From Chrysomallon squamiferum (Eukaryota > Animalia > Mollusca), in NCBI GenBank assembly GCA_012295275.1, contig CM022670.1, forward strand, positions 15,748,001-15,812,000: 64,000 nt of DNA, read 5' to 3'. The notes under the pieces are model-generated. The model saw only the letters and a program-made list of their open reading frames with translations. It ran no database searches and was not told the DNA's origin. Shown one piece after another: positions 46,778 to 61,500 of this stretch (the first letter of the stretch is position 1; every line of letters starts with the position of its first letter). Both the position numbers and the translations under genes were made by a program.

Positions 46778-49669
46778 ATGACAGAACTCATGGAGAATTT
46801 GAAGAGAAAATTAAATGAAATCTTGGAAACAAAAGGCTTTGAGCTGTATCCATTTCTGGTAAGTAAAGTATCTGTTTTTAATTTAAACTGGTATATACCG
46901 TGTGGAAATCATCAAACGACTTAATTAGATCTAATTAACTAAAAAAGAACGAAGGTTTTACCGTAGTAAACTATGCAGATGCCATCCAAATATCTTAACA
47001 GATTGTATTCTTGAAATAAGTAACTGTTAAACTAGAGGTTTTACAAATCTTCTGTTAATAATTTCATTTTATTTTTATTTTATTTTATTTTATTTTTAAT
47101 GGGTTTTGTTTGTGGGTTTTGTGGGGTGGGTGGGGGGAGTATAAATCGGATCATATAAAACTTTGGAAATACCCACAATCGTTACAGAATTCCTGATGTT
47201 TGACTTATTTAAATTTATTTTTGTGTTTGTATGTATTGTTATTCTCTGATGGCTTGTACCTTAAAATATATATTTTTTTTAATTTACGCAAATTATTTAC
47301 TGGGTGTTTTGTTTATTTGTTGTTATGGGAGATAACTGGTATTCAACAATGGGTCCAGTTTTGTTTATTTGTCGTTAGGCGTTGTCAAAGGAAATAATTC
47401 TTATGTAAAAGAAAGAAAGAAAGAAAGATAAACAGCACAAACCTATATAACATAACCTTTTTTAAATTATTATTTTCTCTTCTGACTGATAAAAAAAAAA
47501 ATAATAAAAAAAAAAAACATTCGAAGCAAAATTGTGAGAAAATATTTACGAGTTATGTCTTTACCAATCTTCATACGTCCCATCTGTCGATTTATTACGT
47601 ACGTACGTACGTACGCACGTGACAAAATCGTACTTTTCCTAGTTTGTAAAGTATATTAATTTGGTTAGCATACAGTGAATTGTTCCTGCACGAGTAAAAA
47701 TCAATATTAATTTCGTTCAGTTGTCTATTTATACTGTATGAATGCATTTCTCATGTATGTAGCATATACCATGTGTTTAATTTAAAAAAAAAAATATTTT
47801 AAACTACATAACAACCTTCATTATATTATAATGTTAAATATCAAATCAACATTTTTAAGTATATTTTTTTATATATATATATTTTATAAAACGTTTTATA
47901 TTTTAACTCATCATTAAACATGTTTAATTTTGATTAAAAGTAAGTGTCACAATTTTTTGTTGGTAAATGTCCTCCTATACAACAGAAAAAAGTAACTGTC
48001 ATGATATAATGTTTCATATCGTTAAACATTTTTACAATTAGAGAAAGGAAAAATCAGTTTATTTTTCTTTTTAAGCGCTGACTTATTGTTATGGTTCACT
48101 CCTCGAACATCCATGTCATGCAGAGTGCACAATTTTTGGGACTTTTGCCTCTTTTGGGACCATATGGTACCCACACGCATTGTTTTTGTTTTTGTAAATG
48201 AAAAACACAGTTATAACAATTCTTTCCGAAAACCAACGTCTTCGCGCCAGTATTTATGCTGCAAGCCCAGTTAAAGACAGATGCGAATGCAATCTCTCTC
48301 TGTCTCTCTCTCCCTCTCTCCCTCTCTCCTTCTCTCTCTTAAATATAGAATTATTAAAATAAACTTTCTTCTACAGGTTGGCTGGTATAATACACTGGTG
48401 GACAAAAAATATGCCTTGTCTTACCCTGATGATATATTAGCCTTTTCCATTATAGGCACACCTGATGTCTTTGAAAAGGTTTTTATACCATTTATCTGTA
48501 AGGAAGACTATGTGGTGTCTGACAATCCTTTTTATGACTGCATGAAGAATTATCTAAATTTACTGAAAAAGGTATCACAAAAGTACTTTTTGGAAAACAA
48601 AATAGCTTGTAATGAACATTACTGAATGAAATCCATATTAATAATAAATAGAACTGCCCATAAAAATTATCAAACACTGGAAATAATCACAATTATAATT
48701 TATACAAGATACAGTTTTCAAATTTTGTTTTGGACATTATAAGAATATATTAAATAAAAGCTTGAAAAATATATATAAAATATATAAATGTATATAATTA
48801 GAATACAATATTACCAGATGCTTTACATTAAAAAAAAACTTTCATTAATCATATTAGTGTTCTTTGTTTTATTCACATCTAAATTATTTTAATAACATTT
48901 AACAACAAAACAAATAAACATATGATGAACACTGCAGGAATTTCCAGACCATGAGGTGGACATATTGTCTACTTTTGAAAAGAAAGATGATGGCACACCA
49001 AAGATTTTGGTACAAACAGCTGGTCATGTTGCAGGAGGTATTTTCTACTATCAGAAAAGGGACCTCGATGAGGATATAGTGCGAAATTGGCCATCAGATA
49101 AGGTAAGTGAAAACCAAATACTTTATGCTCATTTTAACTTTATCTGTAAAAGATATTTTATTGGATTTTCTTTTCATGATAACTGAAATATTTCACCATT
49201 TTTAGCGTCGACCTATGCATATTTTCTCTCATTGCTTTAGGCTGTTTGTTCAACTGAACATACATACACGACAAATAATTGTTTTGTTTTCAAACATTAA
49301 AAGGTGTAATTTCACAAATACCATAAATTAATTTAAGAAGTGCAATCCTTAATTTTGCAGACACTTTACGGTGTGTCTATTCATCAAAAGTATGGTGGAT
49401 GGTTTTCATTTCATGGTGCTGTGATTTTCAAAGATGTCACATGTCCAGATCTTCAGAAAAGGGATCCACCCGACTGTGTGCCAACCCAAGAAATGAGAAA
49501 AGATCTTCTTGAGCGATACAACTTCCACTACCAGGATGGGTCTTACCGAGACATCATCCCTTCAATAACGCAGTATTCAGAAGAGCTTAAGAAGTATTTT
49601 GGTACCTATTCATCCGAACACTGGAAAAAATGTGTTGAGGAAATGAGAAGAAAATATATGAAACCATAA
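46778..49669 (+). CDS. MMACHC: MMACHC/CblC-like protein, divergent copy 2 (249 aa, intact)
   Basis: Exons 46778-46858, 48377-48571, 48938-49102, 49361-49669. Motifs: GFELYPFLVGWYN, PKILVQTAGHVAGG, IHQKYGGWF, DCVPT, YRD, YSEE. Confidence 0.9.
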
Positions 49670-52600
49670 ACGGAACAAAATATGAAAATCTTATTTCTTG
49701 TTCATTTTAAGTTTACATTTGTGATACATATTAAATCAACAGGACCATGATAAAACTACACGTTTCCTGATTTACAGTTATTCTTACCATTTAAATATGT
49801 TATCCTCCATTGACAGTTACTTCAACCAATGACATGATTAATGAAGCAGGGAATGAAGTCATAATTCTGTTTACATATATGTTTAAGCTGTTGTAGTTAA
49901 AAATCAATTATACACCTATAGTTCCTATTATATTTTTATTTACTTTTTACAGTGATAATCGAGTAAATTTAGAGATTTTTCTGTTAGAACTTTTTCCAGT
50001 TGCAATAAGCTTTGTGTTACCGGTTTTATCAATATTAACCTGATAAAGCTATATATTTTTTACAGATTTACCCTATTATTTTCACCATTTCAAATATTTT
50101 TTGCTCCAAGGACCTCCACTTCAACATGTCACATGGTGAAGTAGGGAATTAATTCTGTATTTCAAAATTAAGTGTTATAGTTACTATTCCTGTACTCGAT
50201 GTAATCTGATTAAATGTATGATAAAACTGCTGTAGTTAAAAGTCAGCTTTACACCTACAATTCCTGTTGTATTTTTATTTACTTTTTACAGTGATAAACC
50301 ACTAAATTTTGAGCTTTTTCTGATAGAATTTATATGCTGATGCAGTCAATCTAATGATTTTACTTTGTATTTTCATTTCACATTTTGCAAAGTGTTGTGT
50401 GTTTCTCTCATAACCAGATGTAATATAATTTATAATTTGAATATTAATCTCACGTCTGTGATATTTTGACTCTAACATGTTCTTTGATACTGTTTTACAA
50501 TCTGTTTTGTTTATTTTGAAGTAGTTACTGAACAGATTCTAAATAAAGATTAACATGAAGGAAATGAATACACCTTCTGTTTCCATATATGATTAAACTC
50601 ATGTATTTAAAACTGAATTCTTTACATCGACAATTCCTGTAGTCAGTATATTGTGATAACATACATAATAAACACTATCTACACTCAGTGAGTACTGAAT
50701 ATATTATGTCTATATATATGATAAATCTACTGTTTTTAAAAATAAATTCTTATACCTACAATTCCTGTAATCACAGTATGTATTGGAAGAAGTTTATTAA
50801 AAAAAAATTAAAAAAAAAAACTTTTAAAAAATCAATGTTAACTGCTGCAAACACATTACTCATATCCACCAGACAAAATATATTAACTTGAAGTACACCT
50901 GGACACTTTTTAATTTTATTTTCGTAAAGAATTTAATTGTTTGTTCTATTTCACTGAATGTTTAACTTTCTTTTTTTCTTTTTTACTATGACAAATCCTG
51001 TAAATTTAGATATACAATAACAATAATGTTTTAGTTTGTATTTTGCTTTCAGACTGTTTGTTTGGTTGTTAGGTATTTTCTTTTTTGTCTTTTCTTTTTT
51101 CTTATAATTGGATTTAAAATAGTTTATAATAATTAATATTAATCTCATGTCTGTGATATTTGCACTGTGATACTCTTTTACAATGTTCTGTTTATTTTGA
51201 AGTGGTTACTGAGTAGATTCTAAATAAAGATTAACATATTAAGAATGAAGCCAAAAATACATTATCTGTTTGCTTATATGATTAAACTGCTGTATTTAAA
51301 ACTGAATTATTACATCAGAAATTAATGTAATCAGTGTATCATGATTATGTATGTCATAAAACTGCTGCATTTAGAAACCAGATACTACAACTACAATCCT
51401 GTATTAGAAGAACTTTGATTTGAAGAAAATAAATTGAGGTGTACACACCTATTTTGAAAAAGAAATTCCGAATGTTACTCACAAAAACACTGATCTCTAT
51501 CCTGCAAAATATTTAACATGTAGCATAGCTTAATACTAATTGTCCTTTTGTTTCTTCATTTTATTTTTCATTATGATAAACCCTCTAAATTTAGAGCTTT
51601 TTCTGTTATAACATATATGTTTGTTGAATGAAAATAATGGTTTGGTTTTGTATTTATCTTTGAGACATTGTAAGGTGTGTTTTTCTTACAACCAGATTTA
51701 AAATTCTTTATAAGAATAACAACCACATTTAAAATTCTTTATAAGAATACTGATTTCACGTCTGTGATATTTTCACTGGAACATGTGCTGTGATACTGTA
51801 CCACAATTTATGTTTTTTTTATTTTTATTTATTTATTTTTTTAATGAAGTTATTAATGTTACCGAGTGGATGCTAAATAAAGATTAATAATAATGAATTA
51901 TTTTGTTCTGAACTATTTCTTGATCCATAGATCCATGGACTACAATTCGTCTACAATGTAGTAGTTAACTTGATTTCTGCATCAAGAAATGTTATGGGAA
52001 AATGACAAGAGTTACTCACAAACTTTAGATTTCTAATAAGTATGTAGAAAACAAAAGTAAAATTATAAATATCAGGAATAGACAAGAAAAATTGAGAAAT
52101 AAATAAGAAATCTGCATATTCAAGTTATATATACCCTGAAAGGAGTTATATTTTTGCATTTATCAATTTAAAAAGAGAAAGTAAAATGATATAGTTTTGA
52201 TACAATGATTAAATTGTAAGTCTTTGTTAAGGATCCCTTACAGCTCATTGAAAAGAAGACCCTATTAAATGCTGCTAATCTTTTCTTGATGTTGATACAA
52301 AATCTACACATTTATTGTATATAAGCCTGAGATAACATGTTGTTCTAAATAAACTCATACTAGAATTTATTATAATAATTGATAATTTAATTTCTGTATT
52401 AAGAGGCATTGAGGAAAACAGCTTCTTTTGTTTACAGAATTTAAAAGAAATAACTTGTACGTTTTTGAATATTCATAATTTAATGAAACCAAGATTTTGT
52501 TATCTGAATTAATTCAGTTTATATAATATCTAAATATTCCTACATTTTAAAATTATTTATATGCATTTATAACAATCTAAAAAAATACCTAATATTTAGA

Positions 52601-54260
52601 GAACCAAAAATATGAATTAGTGCTCCACATTTATATATTACTATATATATAACAATAATTATTAAGATAATCACACAATATTTATAATTCTTTATGACAA
52701 AGAATATTTCACTGTATATTCTAACTATATATGAACATATAATATACCCAGCCATTCTGCAAACAGTGCTACCTATACGTAACTTAGCTGATGGCATAGA
52801 ATTGCAGGAATAGAATGGATTATTATTTTGAGCTGACACCTCTACAAATTTTATGGCTAATTTATGGATTTAACAAATTAATATAATTAGTTAATGGTGT
52901 TGATTTAGACAAAATGTAGTGTAGAGAATGAATAAAGTGTTACAAAATATGTCAATCATTCATTACAGATGCATATGCTTACTATGAAACGTTGACACTG
53001 CCAATAATAATTCTTGCATAGACACCTGATGAAAACCAGTCAGCAGAGTAGGATATAGCATGTCAGACCATATCCATGTTGTAAACCAATTAAAGACTGA
53101 GAGATGTGTGTAATATCTCACACTGCATGGTTTTAACTGAAAACAAGAAAACTTTCGGCTCATAGCAAACTGAAGCAGTACTGATCCCTTTACAACAGTG
53201 GGGGTTAGAAGATAGAAAGTGTGTATGTCGAACCCATGAAAAATATTCTATTATCGTTCACCTACATAAAGAAAGCAACACAATCCAAATCAAGAAAGAA
53301 TACAACAGGGAAACACTGTAAGATCCAAGCCATTTACAACAACACTGGGGAGAATATTTTGAAATCATAAGCTTGAGAATAGCTGGAAAATATATCAGAC
53401 ACATTCACAGGTGAAGACACGCTCCTAATTGCAAATACATCCTAAACCTATGTCCAGTAGGTAATCAAAAGTGATTTTCTGTTTTCGAATTAGAAGGTTA
53501 ATACACTCTTAACTGTAACTGTAGATATTTTTATCCTGATTTAATAAAAAAATTCAATGTTGTCAGTCAAATAGTTCTAAAAAAAATGAATTTTTTAATA
53601 TTTAAATTTGTTTATGTCTGTTGCACACAATTGCCATTTTGAAGCAATATTGTCTCTGACAAAGCTCATTTGATAATATGTCATACTACGTGTTCCAAAT
53701 ATTCAGTCTAATATTTGTCTGCTATTAGAGTGTAATAATACTTTTTTGTTGTTGTTGTTGTTGTTTATGAAATCGCATATTTACATGAAATTTGATATAT
53801 ATATACACACACACAGACACACAATAATATAATTCACACATCAATATACAACTAATAATAACAATCTTGTTTGTTTTTTGGTTGTTGGGGGGGGGTCTTT
53901 CTCCTTTATTTATTTATTTAATATTATGCACAGTTTAAATATATAGAATAAATTACATAACACTGATGTCAAGACACGCTAAATAGTCAAGTACTCCATT
54001 TATTATTTTTTCAGTTTCTATTATTATTATTAATATTGATACGAGGAAACGATTAAGACTTCCCTAATTTATAAAAATAACTAAAATTTCACTAAAATTC
54101 CATGAATAATATATCATTATATGTCAGATTTCATCGCCACTGTCAATTGCAGTACCTCAATTTCTTTACACAAACACGTTTTATTTTTTTTATTTTCTTA
54201 ACCTCTAACATCAAGGTAGATAATTCTTATCTAAATGTAATACGGACTGTACTTAAACGA

Positions 54261-56251
54261 ATGGAAACGATAGATAGAAAGACTTTGGAGATAAAATTAA
54301 ATCAGATTTTATCACCGTTTGGCTTTGAATTTCATCCATTTAAGGTAATAAAATTGACTGAGCTGAAATTCCACTTTGAATGCGGTCAAATAGCCCAGTA
54401 CACGTGGTAAACAAACATCCGGGTCCCTTTTCCTTTCTCGTTATTCCCCCCCCCATTTTATTTTGACACTATGTTTAAATCCGTAAAACTAAACTTCACC
54501 TCACTTTATTTATCTTTTGTTTGTCATTGAAAGTACTTCTGTTATTATTAACAGAAATTAAAGGCCACCAAATGGCATATTTTACCTATAATAGAAACTG
54601 ACCTTGTTGCAGTTTATTTAACTCGTGATTTTCCTTACTAACCAGACACGTGACAATATTAAATCTCATCAACCTTTATGTCGGTTAATAATTAAACATT
54701 TTATTTGCAAATTTTAACAATAAATATATTATTTCAAAACAATAGCTGAAAAATGGCGACAAATCTAATGCAATACCGTACATACATTTGTGCGTGTGTG
54801 TTATCTGTTTCAGATGTCATAAAAATTAATCGAGATTCTAATGCCATGCATTCTCACACGTCACGATTAATTTGTATTTAGACTTTAGTGGAAAAATTTG
54901 GATTATGCTGTTTCCAAAATAATTATTTAAGACTAACTGTTTTACAGGTTGGCTGGTATAACGAAAAAGTGGATGAGTCATTTGCTTTGCCTTACCCTGA
55001 TGATACACTAGCATTTCTGATTATCAGCACTCCTGATGTTTTTGAAAAAGCTTTCAAACCATTTATTTGTCGACAAGACTGTCTCGGATCTGGCGATCCT
55101 ATTGATGAATGCATGATATATCATCTTAATTTGGTCAAACAGGTACTGAAATGACAAAAATTAGCAGTTTTATGAGTTGAAGAAAACAATTGAAGCATAG
55201 ACGATTTAAGTATCTTAAAACTAATTAATAATATAAATAATTAAAATGGTACAAATTAGAGTTTAGCCATTTTAATAGATTGGATAAGCACGAAAATATT
55301 TTCTATGTATTATTTACAAAAAAAAAACAAAAAAAAACTGTAATAATTCCATGAATTACAAAGAAATCAAATGCAAATAATATAAATATCAATATATATA
55401 TTTTTTAATACTTAATGAATATTACAGATACTTCCTGATGACCAAGTGGATGTCATTCATGATTTTGAGATGACATTTAGTCGTCGACCCAGATTACTGG
55501 TACAGAAAGTCGGCCATGTTTCAGGGGCCACCTACTATTATCAGAAATCTGATCTAGAAGAAAATACTTGGCCAGCTAAAACAGTAATTTTTATTTTGTC
55601 TGAAACACATAAAACACTGAGTGGGAGAAATTCAGAATGCATTTAGGTGAAATACTACTCCAGCTTCTTTTCATTTGCTTGTTGACTGCATGTCAAGGCC
55701 AGCAGTGATTAGGAATGATATGGATCTCTGTAGATCACTTCATGTGCCATAAAACGTCTTCTGGACAGTTGTAAATGAAAACTGAAGAAAAATAAACTTT
55801 GAACATGTTACATATAATTTAAAATTTAAAAAAAAAAAAAAAAAAAATGCATTCATTTGATTAATTTCTACAGCCATAAGAAAGTTTTCTCTATAAATAA
55901 CACAGTTTTTCATTTCAGAAAATACATGGTGTGAGTGTTCATCCAAAATATGGTGGGTGGTTTGCATTTCGTGGTGCTTTGATTTTCAAAACCGTACGTT
56001 GTTCGGATCTTGAGAAGAAGGATCCCGTTGACTGTGTGCCGACCCAAAAAATGAGAAAAGAACTTATTGAAAGATTTAACTATCACTGGCAGGACTGGTC
56101 TTTCCGAGACATCGTACCTGCAGTAAAACAATATTCCGAAGAGCAGAAACTGTATTTCAAAACCTCACCTAAAAATAGGAAAGAATTGGTTGAGAAAATG
56201 AAGAAAGACAGGCATATTCAGGAATTAGAAACTAAACAAAATGTATTGTAA
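54261..56251 (+). CDS. MMACHC: Cyanocobalamin reductase / alkylcobalamin dealkylase MMACHC (CblC), canonical copy (255 aa)
   Basis: Exons 54261-54344, 54948-55142, 55428-55583, 55919-56251. Retains DPIDEC, HDFE...SRRPRLLVQ, HPKYGGWFAFRG, FNYHWQDWSFRD, YSEEQKLYFKTSPKNR. Confidence 0.95.
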
Positions 56252-56674
56252 ATAGCATGTTAAAAATTCCAGTGAAAGATTTAGGTGAAAATACAAAGGT
56301 ACAAGAATAATTTAGCAGAGATTAAATCATTTTTATTTTTTATATTTTCTATATTTACAATCCACAGTTGTTTTCTTCCTGTACCCCATACATGCGTTCC
56401 TGTCTGCGTTTTTAGTTTTTCTTCCTTTTTTTTTCTCGTGAAGATGATCGTCTCTGACAAATCATTTTTCATAATATGTCTTACTATGTATTCCAAATAT
56501 TCCCTCTGATTTTTGTTCTTATTGTTCCTGTGTTGTTATTTATGAAATGACATATTTATATCTTTGTAAATATACAGGTACCTATATGCATGAAGATTGA
56601 TATATGTGGTTTATAATTATACAAATTCACAAAAACAATACACACGTACATTCACAAAAATAAAATAAAAATAA

Positions 56675-58531
56675 AACAAGACAGAATCAGTAGAAATTCT
56701 GTAACGATTATGGGGTTTTTCAAGTTTTATTCCAAATTAATTTTTTTTTTTCTTTTTCTGTTATGATGATGATTATTATTATTATTATTATTATTATTAT
56801 TTAGAGCTAAAATTTTGGACTTTTAATTTAAAATCTTAGAATTTAATATGGGGAGGAAGTTCTATCCATAGGCAAATGAAGATATTTGGAAAACTCGCAA
56901 AAATATCTAATCAGGCTTTGAATCACCGTTTCTAAACAAAATTAACAATATTAATCAAACTAAAAAAAAAAAAAAAAAAAATAAAAAATAAAAGAAAGAA
57001 ACTCGACACATTTGGCCGTATTCTTCATTACGTATCATTAAGGTCAATAAACAATGTTAATTATAAAAATAAGGAAGTTGAAACTGAAAGACTTTTTTTT
57101 CACCAAGACACATACATTCAATGACAGCAGTCATGGAGAATTTGAAGAGTAAATTAAATGGAATTTTGGAACCAAAAGGCTTTGAACTCTACCCATTTCT
57201 GGTAAGTAAAGTATCTGTTTTAATTTAAACTGGTATATACCGTATGGAAATCATCAAACGACTTAATTAGATCTAATTAACTAATAAAAAAACGAAGGTC
57301 TTCTTTCGTAAAATATGCAGAGGCTCTCCAAATATCTCAATAGAGTGTATTCTTGAAATAACTGTTAAACTAGAGTTTTTACAAATTTTCTGTTAATTAT
57401 TTTATTTTATTTTTATTGGGGTTTTTTCTTGGGGGTTGGGTTTTTTTTTTAAATCGGCTGTTATTAAAGTTTCGAAATACCCACAATCGTTACAGAATTC
57501 CTAATGTTAGTTTTATTTTAATTTATTTTTGTTTGTATGTATTGTTTTTGTTTGTTTAATTATTCTCTGATGGCTAGTACCTCAAAATATTTTTTTTGTA
57601 TTTTACGCAAATTACTTACCGGCTGTTTTGTTTATTTGTTGTTATGAGAGATATATGTTATTCAACACTGGGTCTTCTTATGTTTATTTGTCGTCAGGCG
57701 TTGTCAAAGGAAATAATTCTTATGTAATAGAAAGAAAGAAATATAAATAGCACGAACCTATATGTGATAGCGCTTTTTATTATTATTTTCTGTTTTTCTT
57801 GTGGCGGTGGAGGGGAGATAACTAAATTCATAGGAAAATTGTGCCAAAAAATTACCTAACAATCTTCCTACGTCTCATTTGTGGCAAACTAGTACTTTTC
57901 GATAATACTTCTTTAAGTTTGTGAAGTATGTTAACTTTAGCATACAGTGTATTGGTCCAGCAGGAGTAAAAAATGAACATTAATTTCGTTCAGTTATCTA
58001 ACTGTTTGAACGCATATATCATGTATGTAGTATATATCATTAATTATACAACGTGCTTAAAAAATGTATTATTACCTTACAGTGATAAATGACAAATGAA
58101 CACTTCTAAGTATATTTTTTTAATATTTTATATCACTTTTTATATTTCAACTCGTCATTAAATATTTGAATAAAAATAAGTGTCACAATTTTGTTTATTT
58201 TTTTATTTTTTGGTAAATGTCCTCTATACAACAGAAAAAAGTAATTGTGCATGATATGTTTCGTAGTTAAACATTTTTACAATTAGAGAAAGAATAAATC
58301 AGTTCATATTTTTATTTTATGACTTAATAGAGTATTAAAAACACTTACCAGTGATGTCTCACGTGTCTCTGTATCTGGTGAATTTATTATAAAAAATTCA
58401 AGTTTAGCATAAATCGCCGCTCAATTAGTACATACCGTAATACTGTCAAGACGGGTATTGCATCCATTTATTTTCAATGCTAAAATCCCAGAACTTGAAA
58501 TAAATTCAAGTTTGATTAGATGTAGTATGTC

Positions 58532-58573
<42 letters not shown>

Positions 58574-61500
58574 AATGGAAATTTTAAAATATAAATTATT
58601 CTACAGGTTGGCTGGTATAATACACTGGTGGACAAAAAATATGCCTTGCCTTACCCTGATGATACATTAGCCTTTGTGATAATCAGCACACCTGATGTCT
58701 TTGAAAAGATTTTTATACCATTTATCTGTGAGAAAGACTATGTGGTGACTGACAATCCTTTCGATGACTGCATGAAGATTGTTCTTAATTCACTGAAAAA
58801 GGTAATGTGATTACATCACAGAAGAACTTTTAAAAACAAAACAGCTTGTAATGAACATTACTGATTGAAATTGTTATCAATAATAAATAGAACTGCCCAT
58901 AAAAATTAACAGACACTGGAAATAATAACAATTATAACTTACACTAGATTCACTTTTTTAACTTTTATTTTGTGCATTATATGTTAAATAAAACCTTGAA
59001 AAATATATTTAAAATACACAAATGTATATAATTAGAATACAATGTTACCAGATACTTTAATTAAATAGAACTTTCAATAATCATACTAGTGTTCTTTGTT
59101 TTATTCAAATCTAAATTATGCAATTAGCATTTAAAAACAACAACAAACAAACATATAATGAATACTGCAGGAATTTTCAGACCATGAGGTGGACATATTA
59201 ACTGATACTGATGTGAAAGATGATGGTACACCAAAGATTTTGGTACAAACAGCTGGTCATGTTGCAGGAGGTATTTTCTACTATCAGAAAAGGGACCTCA
59301 GTGAGGATACACTTAAAAACTGGCCATCAGATAAGGTAAGTGAAAACAAAATACTTTATCCTGATTTTAGCTTTATTTGTAAAACATTTTATTTTGTTTT
59401 GTTTTCGTGATAACTTATCATCTATGTAATTATATTTTTATTTTGTTTTATTTTGTTTTTAATTACCTTCTTCCCCAAAAATGTTTCCTCACATTGTTTT
59501 AGGCTGTTTGTTCTTTAAAGAAAACAAATGTACATATATAGTGTATCAGTTTTTAAATTTCACAAAAAACAATAAATTAATTTAAGAAGTGTAATTCCTT
59601 ATTTTTCAGACACTTTATGGAGTGTCAATTCATCCAAAGTATGGTGGATGGTTTGCATTTCGTGGTGCTGTGATTTTCAAAGATGTCAAATGTCCAGATC
59701 TTCAGAAAAGGGATCCACCTGATTGTGTGCCAACCCAAGAAATGAGAAAAGATCTTCTTGAGCGATACAACTTCCACTACCAGGATGGGTCTTACCGAGA
59801 CATCATCCCTTCAATAAAGAAGTATTCTGAAGAGCAGAAGAAATATTTTGCTACCTTTTCACCAGAACACTGGAAAAAATGTGTTGAGGAAATGAGAAGA
59901 AAATATATGAGATCTTAAACTGAACAAAAAATGAAAATCGTATTTCCAGTTTGCTATAAGTTTACATTTCTGTTACATATTGTATCAACATTACCCTGAT
60001 AAAGTTATACATCTTTTCTGATTTACACGATTATTCTTACCATTTAAATAAGTTATCCTCCAGTGACAGTTACTTCAATCTGTGATTAATGAAGCAGGGA
60101 ATGAAGTCTTAATTCTGTTTACATATATGTTTAAGCTGTTGTAGTTAAAAATCAATTATACACCTACAAATTCCTGTTTTATTTTTAGTTACTTTTTTAA
60201 CAGTGATAAACCAGTACATTTATAGCCTTTTCTGTTAGAACTTTCACATTTTGCAAAGTGTTATGCATTTCTCTATCGAGATTTAAAATAATTTATAATT
60301 TGAATATTAATCTCATGTCTGTGATATTTTGATTCTAACTTGTTCTGTGATACTGTTTTACAATATTTTGTTTCTTTTGAAGTAGTTAATGAGCAGATTC
60401 TAAATAAGAATTGACATAAAGGGAATGAATACACCTTCTCTTTGCAGATAGCATTAAACTCTTATATTTAAAACTGAATTCTTACATCGATAATTCCTTT
60501 ACTCAATACGCAGTGTGTACTCAATGTATTATGACTATATACATATATAATAAATCTGCTGTTTAAAAATAAATTTTTACACCTACAATTCCTGCACTCA
60601 GTGTATGTATTAGAAACATTTTATTTAAAAAAATAAAATGTTAACTGTTGCAAACACATTACTCATATCCACCAGGCAAAATATATTAACTTGAAGTACA
60701 CCTGGACACTTTTTAATTTTATTTTTGGTAAATAGTTTAATTGTTTGTGCTATTTCATTGAATTTTGAAAAAAAAATTTAAATGTTTACTAGGACAAATT
60801 TATTTATACAGTGAGAATAATGGTTATAGTTTGTATTTTGCTTTCAGACTGTTTGTTTTGTTTCTTTGGATGTTAGGGGGGTTTTGGGGTTTTTTTTTCT
60901 TATAACTGGATTTATAATCATTTGTAATGTGAATGTTAATCTCACGTCTGTGATATTTACACTGTGATACTGTTTTACAATGTTTTCTTAATTTTGAAGA
61001 AGTTACTGAGTAGATTCTAAATAAAGATTAATATATAAGGAATGATGAAATATATATATATATAATCTGTTTCCTTATATGATTAAACTGCTGTATTTAA
61101 AACTGAATTGTTACATCTACAATTCATGTACTCAATATGTTATGATTAGATATATGATAAAATTGCTGTATTTAAAACTGAATTACGACATCTGAAATTC
61201 ATGTACTCAGTGTATTATGATTATGTAAGTGATGAAACTGCAGCATTTAGAAATCAGATATTACACCTACAATCCTATATCACTCTATGTATTAGAAGAA
61301 CTTTGATTTGAAGAAAATAACACCAATTTTAAAAAAAGAAATTCAGACTGTTGCTCTGAAAACACAAAATATTTATGTAGCACAGCTTATTACTAATTGT
61401 CCTTTTGTTTTTAATTTTTTTAATTTTGATAGTTTGTTCTTTCATATTTAATTATGATAAGCCCACTAAATTTACAGCTTTTTCTTTTATATATGTTTGT

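Noticed and set aside
47596-47621. (TACG)n self-complementary alternating purine-pyrimidine tract
   Set aside because: Present only in copy 2 intron 1 (copy 4 has a single TACGT); a recent slippage expansion with no sign of function.
52567-53460. Duplicated ORFs 52567-52839 / 62443-62706 and adjacent higher-complexity DNA
   Set aside because: Conservation is explained by the recent segmental duplication; no recognisable domain or splice structure. Possibly an old TE remnant.
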